64,000 nucleotides of DNA from an uncultured Syntrophaceae bacterium (GCA_964564625.1 CAZMBE010000001.1:33143-97142), one strand, 5' to 3'; counted from the first letter of the stretch, positions 37,232 through 46,521 are shown. A program made the numbers and translations. The notes: a model not told the origin generated them from the letters alone.

Positions 37232-38083
37232 CTAATACTTTATTTTCACTCTCTTTCTTTCAAATTTTTCCATGATAAAAACTATAAATATTCCAAATAT
37301 GAAACCACAAAGACCTGCAATTGTAATAATAAAAGCCTTTTTAGGTTTTATAGGGTATTGTGAAATAAAGGGATCTTCCAAAGGTCGAACCATCTTATAA
37401 TTTTGACGCTCTTGTTTAAGGAGAAATTTTTCCATTTTCAAATCTATTGATTTAATATTAATTTCTATTGGATTGAATCCCACCGGAAGTAATTTGGCAT
37501 TACTAAGTCTCTTTTCAATTTCTCTGATTTGAAAATCATTTTTCTTAACTGCTTCTTTTACATTTTTTATTCTTTCATCAAATTCTAATATGATTTTCTC
37601 ATAATTACTTTTCATCTCCCGTATGTTTTCAATATACCTTATCATTTCCTGCATAGCTACTGGTAAAATCTCACGATTACTCGATTCGATTGTTATTTTT
37701 AATTTATCGGTTGCTCCTCTTATATCATTGATTTTTACATTCGTTATCACATCAGCATATTTTGTAAATATAATTGCCTTTTTTTCAGGATCAATCTTTC
37801 CGATTATTAATGATATATCTTTCGCTGTGAGCGGATCTTTTCCTTTATGCATAAGTTCTTTAGGCATAAACAATTTCGCAAGTGTTTCTATTTGATAAAT
37901 TTCAGGAGCAGTAAAACAATAAATTGTAGCGACAAGAAGAGATATCAGGAAAATTCCAATGATGATTATTTTTCTCTTTATTATAACCTTCCATAAATCA
38001 TACAGATTTATTTTATCATATTCGTTTGTTTCGAAATTACCAGACTGAGAATCAACCATGGTTTTTTCTTCTTTATTAGTCAT
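37232..38083 (-). CDS. wzz: O-antigen chain-length determinant (Wzz, PCP-1 type)
   Basis: The N-terminal Wzz-domain context is INLYDLWKVIIKRKIIIIGIFLISLL...APEIYQ. A long coiled-coil periplasmic region follows. The second TM helix is preceded by PIKPKK. Confidence 0.75.
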   Translation of the reverse strand: MTNKEEKTMVDSQSGNFETNEYDKINLYDLWKVIIKRKIIIIGIFLISLLVATIYCFTAPEIYQIETLAKLFMPKELMHKGKDPLTAKDISLIIGKIDPEKKAIIFTKYADVITNVKINDIRGATDKLKITIESSNREILPVAMQEMIRYIENIREMKSNYEKIILEFDERIKNVKEAVKKNDFQIREIEKRLSNAKLLPVGFNPIEINIKSIDLKMEKFLLKQERQNYKMVRPLEDPFISQYPIKPKKAFIITIAGLCGFIFGIFIVFIMEKFERKRVKIKY

Positions 38084-38343
38084 ATAACAAACCTTTCGTT
38101 ATAAACAGAGATCTTTGAAAATCTATTCTTCGTGTCTTTGTGAAGACCACGCGGTACAACAACAATCTATTGAGACATTTGAAACACTACACTTCCTGTC
38201 CTGTAATACCCGTCCCCGCTAATACATTCGAGAGTAGGCTCCGGATAGAATCCAGAAATAATATAATAATCATAGATTCCTGCTTCCGCAGGAGTGAAAA
38301 GATGGTTGGTTTTAGGCAATTTTTCAAGAGTCCCCGCTTATTA

Positions 38344-38378
38344 GCTACAGCTCCGCCCTCTGGCTTCCACCAGCAGTG
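38344..38378 (-). promoter_or_regulatory. JUMPstart/ops-like element in the leader of the polysaccharide operon
   Basis: The minus strand reads cactgctggtggaagccagagggcggagctgtagc. It shares CAnTGC..TGGT, AAGCCAG(a)GGGCGG and AGC blocks with the enterobacterial JUMPstart (recalled as ...CTGGTAGCTGTAAAGCCAGGGGCGGTAGCGTG). The ops core is imperfect (GGCGGAGC versus GGCGGTAG). It lies about 260 nt upstream of wzz. Confidence 0.35.
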
Positions 38379-38479
38379 AATTTTCATTCGTGAATCGCTT
38401 TTTGACAATGTTCTGAAACCGTTAATAATCTGAAAAATCCGGAATTGCATCTATTCTGTCTGCAAAAAAGTGCAGTCCC

Positions 38480-38842
38480 TCATTTTTCCCCTTGTACCGC
38501 TGTTTCGCCCACTTCCTGTTTAAGACGTTTGATTTCCTGTTCCAGGTCTTCGTATTCCTTAATCTTTCTTTTAAGAAATCGGTAGGTAATCCTCGCCTTT
38601 TCCTCCATTCCTTTGGGGGTAAGATAATACAAATACGCTGCTTTGTTGTTTGATTTTTTGAAGTTGTCGACCTTCACATGGCCTTTATCGATCAACACTT
38701 TGAGCAGAAAATTAATTTTCCCGAGGCTGATGCCCAAGATTGAGGACAATTCCCGCTGGGTCATTTCCGGACGTTTTTTGATTTCATCAAGCAGCCGGAG
38801 AACTTCTTTGCTTTCGAGGTTCGCTTTTTGGTGGTTCGCCAT
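38480..38842 (-). CDS. MarR-family winged-helix regulator, EPS-associated subtype
   Basis: 120 aa. The HTH reads [28 protein letters not shown], followed by the wing and a C-terminal coiled coil. It lies immediately upstream of, and co-oriented with, the polysaccharide cluster. Confidence 0.8.
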   Translation of the reverse strand: MANHQKANLESKEVLRLLDEIKKRPEMTQRELSSILGISLGKINFLLKVLIDKGHVKVDNFKKSNNKAAYLYYLTPKGMEEKARITYRFLKRKIKEYEDLEQEIKRLKQEVGETAVQGEK

Positions 38843-38852
38843 ACATTATCCT

Positions 38853-38873
38853 TGTGTTCATCACATGAACACA
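38853..38873. promoter_or_regulatory. Perfect 9-3-9 palindrome TGTGTTCAT-cac-ATGAACACA; candidate MarR operator
   Basis: Read directly. It lies 11-31 nt upstream of the MarR ATG, abutting its SD (aagga), in the divergent marR/waaL control region. Confidence 0.5.
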
Positions 38874-39218
38874 GGAAACATACATAATGATGTGTCCGGG
38901 GAATGTCAAGAAAAATTTTGTTGCCGGACAGGGGAAGAGAATAAAAAGATCAAAGTGATTGACGCTTGACCTGAAGGGCTTCTTATGCGAATAGATGATA
39001 CCGTATGATAGAGAGGCCCTTGGCTATACAAATCATCCTGGAGATCATCAGGACAGACGATCGCGCATCAGACGAAGTGGAAAATACCCAGAGGTGTTCA
39101 ACAATCATTAAGCCATGGTCAGAAGATATCCAGGCCAGTGGTCCCGGGTTCACCAGCACTGAAAGACCCGCCCCTGTCAGGTTACAAAAGAACAGACCCG
39201 GGTGATGGCATTTTTACC

Positions 39219-40472
39219 ATGAAAGAGAAAATCTCCCAACTTACCGAATGGTTGCTCGTTGCCTTTGCTTTTGCAATTCCCGTATCGACGGCTTTGGATA
39301 GCATCCTGCTGCTAATGCTTCTGTTATTGTGGGTTCTGGGGGGAGATTACCACGTAAAAATCTCTACAATACGCAGCAACCCTGTTGCCATGGCATCCTT
39401 GATTATGCTCGGAATCATGATGGTGGGATTGACCTATGGTGTCTGGGATAAACATGCTCTTTCCAACACTGCCCGTTTTCTTGTTCTTCCTCCCCTTCTG
39501 TCCCTGTTTACCCATCATACAAACAGGAACGCCGTCCTGGGGGGCTTTCTGGCCGCCATGGTTTTGGCATTGGTTCTGTCTTATTTCGTGTGGTCAGGAA
39601 TCGTTCCATCCGATCCAATGTTAAGACAAATAGGAACTCCTGATAATCCCTTTGTGTTTCACAGGCATATCGTGTACAGCATTTTTATGGCGTACGCTGC
39701 TTTTTGTTTCGGTGTTCTTGGAAAATTTGAAGAAAAACCGTTTCGCAAAAGTCTTTTCTTTGTGTTGTCGCTCCTGATGATGGGCAATGTTCTTATACTT
39801 GTGGATGGTAAGACAGGGCACGTCATTCTTCTGATTCTATTAGCCTATGTATCATGGGCCTTCTTCCGCTGGAGAGGTGTTATCATTGGAACTCTGATGA
39901 TAGCCGTTCTTGTCTTTGCAGCGTACTCCATCTTTCCAAAGGCTGCTTTTATACAATGGATCAACCCGGTGGCACGTGCACTATCCCAGTGGCAGCCATC
40001 GGCACGCCAGGAGATTCCAATATCCCCTCATCCTCCAACCGTCGGAATAGTTCGTCACAATGTATCTACAGGGTTACGGTTGGAATTTTATTACAACAGC
40101 AGCCAGATTTTTTTGCAGAACCCCATCTTCGGTGTTGGGACAGGAAGGTTTCCTGAAACTTATGCAAAACAAGTCAGCGGTACAGGGCAAGTCGCGACCA
40201 ATAACCCCCACAATCAATATTTGTTGGTCGGTGTTGAAACGGGCATCATCGGGATTCTGGCCTTGCTGTATCTTTTTTTCACACAATGGCGGAATTCGCG
40301 GGTGTTATGTGACAAGGAAAGGATACTTGCTCAGGGCATGCTTTTGACCATCATGACTGCCTGTACCTTTAATTCATCCCTTGCCGACCATCCGGAGTCG
40401 ACATTTTACCTGTTGATGAGCGCCTTGTTCTTCTCACAGGCAGGAGCTCCAATAGACAAGAAATATTATTGA
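39219..40472 (+). CDS. waaL: O-antigen ligase (WaaL; Wzy_C domain)
   Basis: The ATG at 39219 (MKEKISQLTEWLL...) is preferred. The protein has at least 10 TM helices. A periplasmic loop with ...NNPHNQYLLVGVETGIIG is typical of the Wzy_C/ligase family. Confidence 0.75.
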   Translation: MKEKISQLTEWLLVAFAFAIPVSTALDSILLLMLLLLWVLGGDYHVKISTIRSNPVAMASLIMLGIMMVGLTYGVWDKHALSNTARFLVLPPLLSLFTHHTNRNAVLGGFLAAMVLALVLSYFVWSGIVPSDPMLRQIGTPDNPFVFHRHIVYSIFMAYAAFCFGVLGKFEEKPFRKSLFFVLSLLMMGNVLILVDGKTGHVILLILLAYVSWAFFRWRGVIIGTLMIAVLVFAAYSIFPKAAFIQWINPVARALSQWQPSARQEIPISPHPPTVGIVRHNVSTGLRLEFYYNSSQIFLQNPIFGVGTGRFPETYAKQVSGTGQVATNNPHNQYLLVGVETGIIGILALLYLFFTQWRNSRVLCDKERILAQGMLLTIMTACTFNSSLADHPESTFYLLMSALFFSQAGAPIDKKYY

Positions 40473-40586
40473 AATCTTAAACGGTTATTGTCGCGCAGTC
40501 GTATAAATGCCGGCTGCCTGATACGGTTAAAAGATTCACCCGTATAAATCTATCCAAACCTATAAGGAGAGATGTAATTTCCGAAA

Positions 40587-41243
40587 ATGCCTCTCAAAAA
40601 TATCGTCCAATCGACTGATCAACTGTCCTCAATTCCTCCCAGAGAAGAACTTGATATCTATTCGGATGGTCATCATGTCATGGCGTTTTCCAAGGCGGAG
40701 TGGAATTACGTCGTGAAAATTTTAAAGGAGGAGAATGATCCTCTGCTTCTTAGGCGTCATGAAGAGGCATTGGATCATCTGAAGGGATTGGTTGCTGATT
40801 TTCAGATTTTGAAAGACCATGGAAAGGCCTTGGTTATTCAGGAAAAGATCCATTGCCTGTTAGATGAAAAATTAAGGCAAAAGGTATCAGAAGGAAATCT
40901 GATAGAGGCCAAGAAGTTGGTTGAGGATTACATCGATCTTAATACAAGACTCTGGAGCAGGGGCTACTTCGACTGGCATTTTAGAATTAACCATTGCGGT
41001 GTGGACTCGGAGGGAAGACTTCTTCTTTTTGATATAGGAGGGATAAGGGGTAATCCAACCTTCAGGGAAAGAATCAAATGGATATTCGGGTACTTCGGAA
41101 GGAGGCATAAGAAAAACAAAGAAATCTTGCAGGACATTCATCCTGAGCTTTCTGTTCTTTATAATCGGTTAGCAGACAAGAAATTAACCCGGAATTCAGC
41201 AGAGGAAACACTGTTCAATTATTACCGCAACAAAAAATTATAA
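40587..41243 (+). CDS. Hypothetical protein (218 aa), possible atypical kinase-like C-terminal half
   Basis: No family was recognised. The segment WHFRINHCGVDSEGRLLLFDIGG loosely resembles the catalytic-loop and DxG region of small LPS or PhoP-network kinase-like proteins. It sits between waaL and the core operon. Confidence 0.45.
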   Translation: MPLKNIVQSTDQLSSIPPREELDIYSDGHHVMAFSKAEWNYVVKILKEENDPLLLRRHEEALDHLKGLVADFQILKDHGKALVIQEKIHCLLDEKLRQKVSEGNLIEAKKLVEDYIDLNTRLWSRGYFDWHFRINHCGVDSEGRLLLFDIGGIRGNPTFRERIKWIFGYFGRRHKKNKEILQDIHPELSVLYNRLADKKLTRNSAEETLFNYYRNKKL

Positions 41244-41275
41244 TGTAACGTCAAGAAGATCCTTGGCATATGCAT

Positions 41276-42091
41276 TTACAGATGCTGTCGGACGCCGAAA
41301 CGTGCGCAGATTTCCCCCGATTGCAGGCGCTCCTCCAGGCGGCGGCGGTTTTCGGCCAGACTCGACCGGTCGTTCTCTTTGTGCCACAGATGAAGGACAG
41401 GCGTTGCGAACCGGGCACTTTTGCGTTTGAGACCCGATTGAATCAACCGGATAACCAGGTCGGAATCTTCCAGCCCCCACCCCGAATAGATCTCATCAAA
41501 ACCGTTCACGAACAGGAGGTCTTCCCGCCATGCGGACAGGTTGCAGGTCATGGCGCCTTCCCAGCGCTGATTTCTCCATTTACGGAGGGAGGACGCAACC
41601 GGCAGAGGCAGTAAAGGCAGCCAGCGGTTGGCATGTCCATGCAATCTGGCCTGCAGCCATTGCCAAACGCTCCAGGCATGGACGGGCACATGATCCGAAA
41701 GAACGCGTTTCGTAAACGTCTCGCTCAGCAGAATGCGGTTTCCCACAACGAACCAGCCTTTTTCCGCCAGTTGACGATGACGAGCAACGAAATCGGGAAA
41801 GGGGATGCAATCTCCATCACTGAAAAGGATGTAATCCGCTCCCGTTCTCATCAGGGCCCGGTTGCGAATCGCCGCGGCACGGAACCCCTGATCTTCCTGC
41901 CATACATGCGTCACGGGAAATGCCGCCCGCCTTCCATAGGTGAGCACAACCTCTTTCGTATCTTCCTTTGATCCGTCATCAGCAATGATCAGATCAAATT
42001 GACGGTCCGACTGCGCCAGATATCCTTCAAGGACAGCGGCAAGGGCATCCGGGCGGTTGTAGGTGGTGATGATTACGGAAATACGCATCAT
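41276..42091 (-). CDS. Glycosyltransferase family 2 with a galactosyltransferase-like C-terminal region
   Basis: The ATG at 42091 gives MMRISVIITTYNRPDAL. The motifs ADDGS and SDGD are present. The C-terminus is ...GWGLEDSDLVIRL. Confidence 0.8.
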   Translation of the reverse strand: MMRISVIITTYNRPDALAAVLEGYLAQSDRQFDLIIADDGSKEDTKEVVLTYGRRAAFPVTHVWQEDQGFRAAAIRNRALMRTGADYILFSDGDCIPFPDFVARHRQLAEKGWFVVGNRILLSETFTKRVLSDHVPVHAWSVWQWLQARLHGHANRWLPLLPLPVASSLRKWRNQRWEGAMTCNLSAWREDLLFVNGFDEIYSGWGLEDSDLVIRLIQSGLKRKSARFATPVLHLWHKENDRSSLAENRRRLEERLQSGEICARFGVRQHL

Positions 42092-42193
42092 TTTTCCATG
42101 GCGATCGCTGTGAACGTGACTGTGAATAGTGCACATTCATGAAGTTCGTGAAAATGCTTTTCTCAATAACGGTATTTTTTTGATCATTACTGA

Positions 42194-42886
42194 TCATCTA
42201 TGAGAACTAAAATTTTTTCGGACTGCGTGCCTAAAGTTTTCATGAGGAATCGATGTATCAAAATAAGCCGTAATCGCAATCATAATCATGATAGGAATAC
42301 CAAGCTCAATAACTTCCTCTACCACCGTTGTTATCACGGATACGTCTCTCGTAAAGGTATATCCTAAATTGGCAGCTTTTCGTTCAAAACCGTCCAATCC
42401 TAAAGAAATGCTTATGAACAGAAAAGAGAAAAACAGCCCGATCGCATAAGGCTCCATACGCTTAAGCGCCGTAAAGCAATCCATAAAGTATTTTTTTGAA
42501 AGGTACATAACGCAGTAAAAAAGTACCATGATGATTGCAACGCCAATCACCTTTTCAAAGATCGGGACATCGGGACTTACATAAAACTTTATTTTAGTCA
42601 TTGCCATGGTAGTGAACCTGGCATGGAAATCCAACTCCCGCAGCCCAAGACCAAGTATGACAAATGCAATGAGGAAACGGCTTTGGGGATCCGCGACTTT
42701 GTGACGGAAGAGCGGGATCAGGCAAACAAAATAACAGATCGCAGTGAGTAATTCAATGGGCCCGTTTTCCTCAACAAGCGCAGTCCTTATATTCGCATCG
42801 AGGACGAGCAAAGTGACAATCAGGCAACCCAATACCAACACTACAAATCCATAGAACACATAGTAATGAGCTTTTTTAAACAACAT
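42194..42886 (-). CDS. Hypothetical polytopic membrane protein (230 aa)
   Basis: About 6 hydrophobic helices, with an ENGPIE motif after TM1. No family was recognised. It sits inside the core GT/kinase operon. Confidence 0.5.
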   Translation of the reverse strand: MLFKKAHYYVFYGFVVLVLGCLIVTLLVLDANIRTALVEENGPIELLTAICYFVCLIPLFRHKVADPQSRFLIAFVILGLGLRELDFHARFTTMAMTKIKFYVSPDVPIFEKVIGVAIIMVLFYCVMYLSKKYFMDCFTALKRMEPYAIGLFFSFLFISISLGLDGFERKAANLGYTFTRDVSVITTVVEEVIELGIPIMIMIAITAYFDTSIPHENFRHAVRKNFSSHR

Positions 42887-42915
42887 ACGCTCTCTTCGTT
42901 TTTGGAAAAACGGAC

Positions 42916-43674
42916 CTAATTACCTTGATCTAAAATCATTCTTGCCATGCTACGGACATCGGGATTAATTTTATCAAGATGCCTTAAAAAATTTTCCACA
43001 TCCTTACGATAATTGTGTCGAAACCAAACACTATTATATTTGTGAATCCGCATGTAATCTAAATCCAGTAAAAAGGGAATGTTATTCACAATGATTATAT
43101 TTTTAAGCTGAAAATCGTCATGCGTGATTCGCGCTGCATACAGCTTTTTCAACAACTCGGCAACGTTCTCAAATATTTTTTTGCACGCAGCATCCGGCTT
43201 GGTATTTTCTGCAAAAAAATTTAGACCTTGCACACCGTCAACATATTCAGTAATAAAATACGTCTTGCCGCGTATTGGCCCAAAGTGTTTGATGATTACG
43301 GCAACTGGTTTTGGGGTAGAAATGTGATGCTGATCCAAATAGTGGCTGTTATTCCATGAACGTAACGCACGATTTGGGCGGAATGCCTTCCTCAAGCCAT
43401 GCCAGAAACCCCTTACATTATAGCGTTTCACCACATATTTTTTATTATCTACTATTACAACACCAACAGTCGAAGTGTCACCAGGAATATTTTTAAAAAT
43501 AGGGCCAGGGGTTGTATCAAGATACTCGTCCGGATTGGTCAATAACCGTTGCATTGCAGGCGTATTATATGCGCGTTTGCACATTAAAAATAGGCGTGAG
43601 TTTTTTTGGATTTTTGTTTCTGATGTATTTTTATAACCCATTGATGCCGTATCCTCGGAGAAAAGCTCTCTCAC
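42916..43674 (-). CDS. Lipopolysaccharide kinase (Kdo/WaaP/InaA) family protein
   Basis: The motifs VVKRY (VAIK-like Lys), HDDFQLKNII (HxDxxxxN) and LDLDY are present. The GTG start overlaps the upstream GT2 stop (GTGA at 43671-43674). Confidence 0.75.
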   Translation of the reverse strand: MRELFSEDTASMGYKNTSETKIQKNSRLFLMCKRAYNTPAMQRLLTNPDEYLDTTPGPIFKNIPGDTSTVGVVIVDNKKYVVKRYNVRGFWHGLRKAFRPNRALRSWNNSHYLDQHHISTPKPVAVIIKHFGPIRGKTYFITEYVDGVQGLNFFAENTKPDAACKKIFENVAELLKKLYAARITHDDFQLKNIIIVNNIPFLLDLDYMRIHKYNSVWFRHNYRKDVENFLRHLDKINPDVRSMARMILDQGN

Positions 43675-44432
43675 CGTCGGTGAGGCTCCCCTTTTTTTTC
43701 AAGTAACATCAGTTTAACGTATTTGTAATAGGTCCCCTCGGCGTTGGACACGGCAAGCATGAATCCTTCACGGCCGTCAAGAAATCCTGCGCGAATGACA
43801 TAGGTATGGAGAAAGCTCCACAAGCCATGGGATATGGCGGTCCATAATGAGGCTCTCTGTCCGTTCATGAACATCTGATGGGCAACGCCTGTCGAATACC
43901 GGTTGACCTTCCCAAGAACTTCTTCCATGTCTGTGAAGGACTCGTGCATCAGATGATTTTTCAACCGCCCTGTCACACCCCTGACAATGAGATGTTGGTG
44001 GATCAGGTCGTCGCTGAAACGGGCATACCCCCGTTTGAAGAGGCGGACAACGCGATCGGGCCACCATCCGCTGTGGCGCATGTACCGACCGCAGTAGCTC
44101 GACAGTCTTGGCATTTCGAAGGCGACGTTGTCCCCCGGATCAGATAGTACGGCCTGTATCTCCGCCTTCAGCTCCGGGGTAACCCATTCATCCGCGTCTA
44201 TGGCAAAGATCCATTCTCCCGCTGCCATATCGATGGCTCGGTTCCTCTGAGCTCCGGGCCCGGGCCAATCGGTTATGAGAATCTTGCCCGTAAATTCACG
44301 GCAGATTTCTACCGTCCTGTCCGTGCTGCCCGAATCGATGACGATGAGCTCGTCGGCCCAGGCAACCGACTCCAGACAGGTACGCACACAATGCTCTTCA
44401 TTCATGGTAATCAAGACGACCGACAGCATCAT
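43671..44432 (-). CDS. Glycosyltransferase family 2, WaaE/KdtX-like LPS core glycosyltransferase
   Basis: MMLSVVLITMNEE...ADELIVIDSGSTDRT...WPGPGAQRN...IDADE matches the KdtX/WaaE-type pattern. The ATG at 44432 or 44429 is preferred over the tracked GTG at 44456. Confidence 0.8.
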   Translation of the reverse strand: MMLSVVLITMNEEHCVRTCLESVAWADELIVIDSGSTDRTVEICREFTGKILITDWPGPGAQRNRAIDMAAGEWIFAIDADEWVTPELKAEIQAVLSDPGDNVAFEMPRLSSYCGRYMRHSGWWPDRVVRLFKRGYARFSDDLIHQHLIVRGVTGRLKNHLMHESFTDMEEVLGKVNRYSTGVAHQMFMNGQRASLWTAISHGLWSFLHTYVIRAGFLDGREGFMLAVSNAEGTYYKYVKLMLLEKKGEPHRR

Positions 44433-44732
44433 TCTTCGGCACTTTCCCTCGAACACATTGCGTTATGTGAACTTGCAGACTGCGTAACACTTAACGAGAA
44501 GAAAAACATCCCCTCTAAATAATCCTTCAAAATAGAATTGAACAGGTAGCCGGCAGACTGTCTGATTTACCTTTATTCTCAATTACTTTCTCTAACTAAA
44601 TAAAACCCCATAGCATGTCAACAACAATCTTTCAATACCACTATTGATGGATTTGTACCAACCGTAACTAAGATCCCTTGATCAAATCACGATTTCACTA
44701 TATACACAGGCGATGTTAAAACATGCGGGAAA

Positions 44733-45677
44733 GTGAAAATGAACGTGAGCATGGACAGGATGAAACTTGAGGAAGGCCTGAAAGCAGGTCTTCGAAAGGG
44801 GTTTGACGGGTTTATCTGGATCATGAAGATTCTCATCCCTGTCTCTTTCCTCACGGCATGCATTGCATGGAGCGGTTTTCTCAGCAGAGCCGACTTTCTC
44901 CTCCAGCCGTTGATGAGCCTGCTTAGCCTCCCGGCGATGGCCGCCCTGCCTCTTCTCATTGGTATGCTTACAAACATCTACGCCGGTATTGCCGCCATGG
45001 CGGTGCTCCCTTTTTCCCGGGACCAGATGACCCTCATGGCCATCTTCCTCCTCATTGCCCACAACCTCATTCAGGAGGGGGTAGTTCAGGCGAAGTCGGG
45101 AATTCATCCGACAAAAGCCACGCTTTTCCGTCTTGCCGCCGCCGTCCTCACCGTTATGGCTGTAGCGCCTTTTTTTGACATCACGACACCCGTATTGAAG
45201 ACCGCAGATATCACCACGAGTACCTCCCGTCCCTTTATAGAAACGGTGCATGAATGGGCTTTTACCACCTTAAGCTTGAGTATTAAAATATTTATTATTA
45301 TCATGTGTATTCTTACCATATTAGAAATCCTGAAGATCTTTGACTTGATCAACCCAATGGTCAGGCTGCTGAACCCCCTGCTGAAAATTATGGGACTCAA
45401 CCAAAAGGTAGGATTCCTCTGGCTTACCGCTGTTGTGTTTGGGGTGGCGTACGGAGGGGCGGTAATTGTAGAAGAAGTGAAGGCAGGACACCTGTCAAAA
45501 AAAGAACTGGAGGAGCTTCACCTTTCCATCGGGATCAATCATGCCCTGGTTGAAGACCCCAGCCTTTTTCTTTCTTTAGGACTTAGCCCCTTCTGGCTAT
45601 GGGTGCCGAGGTTGATTGTCGCCGTAATTGCGGAGAGGCTGCTTCAATTATGGCGTGTTTTTCGGAAAGAAAACTAA
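44733..45677 (+). CDS. Nucleoside-recognition (Gate) domain membrane protein
   Basis: A polytopic protein with two Gate-like halves, similar to FeoB-C/SpmA-like proteins. The exact start is uncertain because several in-frame Met codons occur in the first 10 codons. Confidence 0.55.
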   Translation: MKMNVSMDRMKLEEGLKAGLRKGFDGFIWIMKILIPVSFLTACIAWSGFLSRADFLLQPLMSLLSLPAMAALPLLIGMLTNIYAGIAAMAVLPFSRDQMTLMAIFLLIAHNLIQEGVVQAKSGIHPTKATLFRLAAAVLTVMAVAPFFDITTPVLKTADITTSTSRPFIETVHEWAFTTLSLSIKIFIIIMCILTILEILKIFDLINPMVRLLNPLLKIMGLNQKVGFLWLTAVVFGVAYGGAVIVEEVKAGHLSKKELEELHLSIGINHALVEDPSLFLSLGLSPFWLWVPRLIVAVIAERLLQLWRVFRKEN

Positions 45678-45707
45678 TGCAATGATTTCATCACAAGAGG
45701 TTTTTTT

Positions 45708-46505
45708 ATGGGAGAGATAATTATTCAGGTTGACGCCTTCACGAGCCAACCTTTTACGGGAAATCCAGCGGCCGTGTGCATCCTCTCACGCCATCGTAAT
45801 GATGAATGGATGCAAAATGTCGCCCGGGAAATGAATCTTTCCGAGACGGCGTTTCTGGAGCGGTACAAGGATGGGTTCAATCTGCGCTGGTTTACACCGG
45901 CCATCGAAGTGGATCTCTGCGGGCATGCTACCCTGGCAAGCGCTCATGCCCTGTGGGAATCAGGGTATCTTGCGAAGGATGCGAAGGCGGCCTTCTTTAC
46001 CAGAAGCGGACTGATCACGGCGGAACGCAAGCACGGCTGGATAGAAATGAATTTCCCCGCAGAGCCTGAAACCACTGCTTCAGCCCCTCCGGATCTCTCC
46101 AAAGCGCTGGGTGTTGAGTTCAATTACGTGGGGAAAAACCGTTTCGACTACCTGGTCGAAGTCGATGCCGAAGAAACTGTTCGCCGTATTGATCCCGATT
46201 TCACGCTCCTTAAGAGAATTCCCATGCGGGGCGTTATCGTCACGAGTCCCTCTGCGTCGCAGGAATACGACTTCGTTTCCCGGTTCTTTGCCCCTCAAGT
46301 AGGAGTGAATGAAGACCCTGTCACAGGTTCCGCACATTGTTGCCTCGGTCCATACTGGGCAGGACGGCTCGGTAAAAAAGAGATGTCTGGCTTTCAAGCC
46401 TCAACAAGAGGCGGTGTTGTAAGGGTGCGCATGCTGAATGACCGCGTCTATATTGGCGGACAGGCGGTAACTATCATGCATGGTGAGCTTTCCGATCATT
46501 GTTAA
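45708..46505 (+). CDS. PhzF-family isomerase-like protein
   Basis: IIIQVDAFTSQPFTGNPAAV...SETAF...FTPAIEVDLCGHATLA is the classic PhzF/YddE pattern. Confidence 0.85.
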   Translation: MGEIIIQVDAFTSQPFTGNPAAVCILSRHRNDEWMQNVAREMNLSETAFLERYKDGFNLRWFTPAIEVDLCGHATLASAHALWESGYLAKDAKAAFFTRSGLITAERKHGWIEMNFPAEPETTASAPPDLSKALGVEFNYVGKNRFDYLVEVDAEETVRRIDPDFTLLKRIPMRGVIVTSPSASQEYDFVSRFFAPQVGVNEDPVTGSAHCCLGPYWAGRLGKKEMSGFQASTRGGVVRVRMLNDRVYIGGQAVTIMHGELSDHC

Positions 46506-46521
46506 AGCAGACAGGAAATTT

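Noticed and set aside
38140-38450. ORFs 38140-38379 (+) and 38187-38450 (-) between the MarR gene and wzz.
   Set aside because: They overlap each other in a leader region and have no motifs. The region is better explained as a regulatory leader (JUMPstart-like element, direct repeat atagaatcc/atagattcc).
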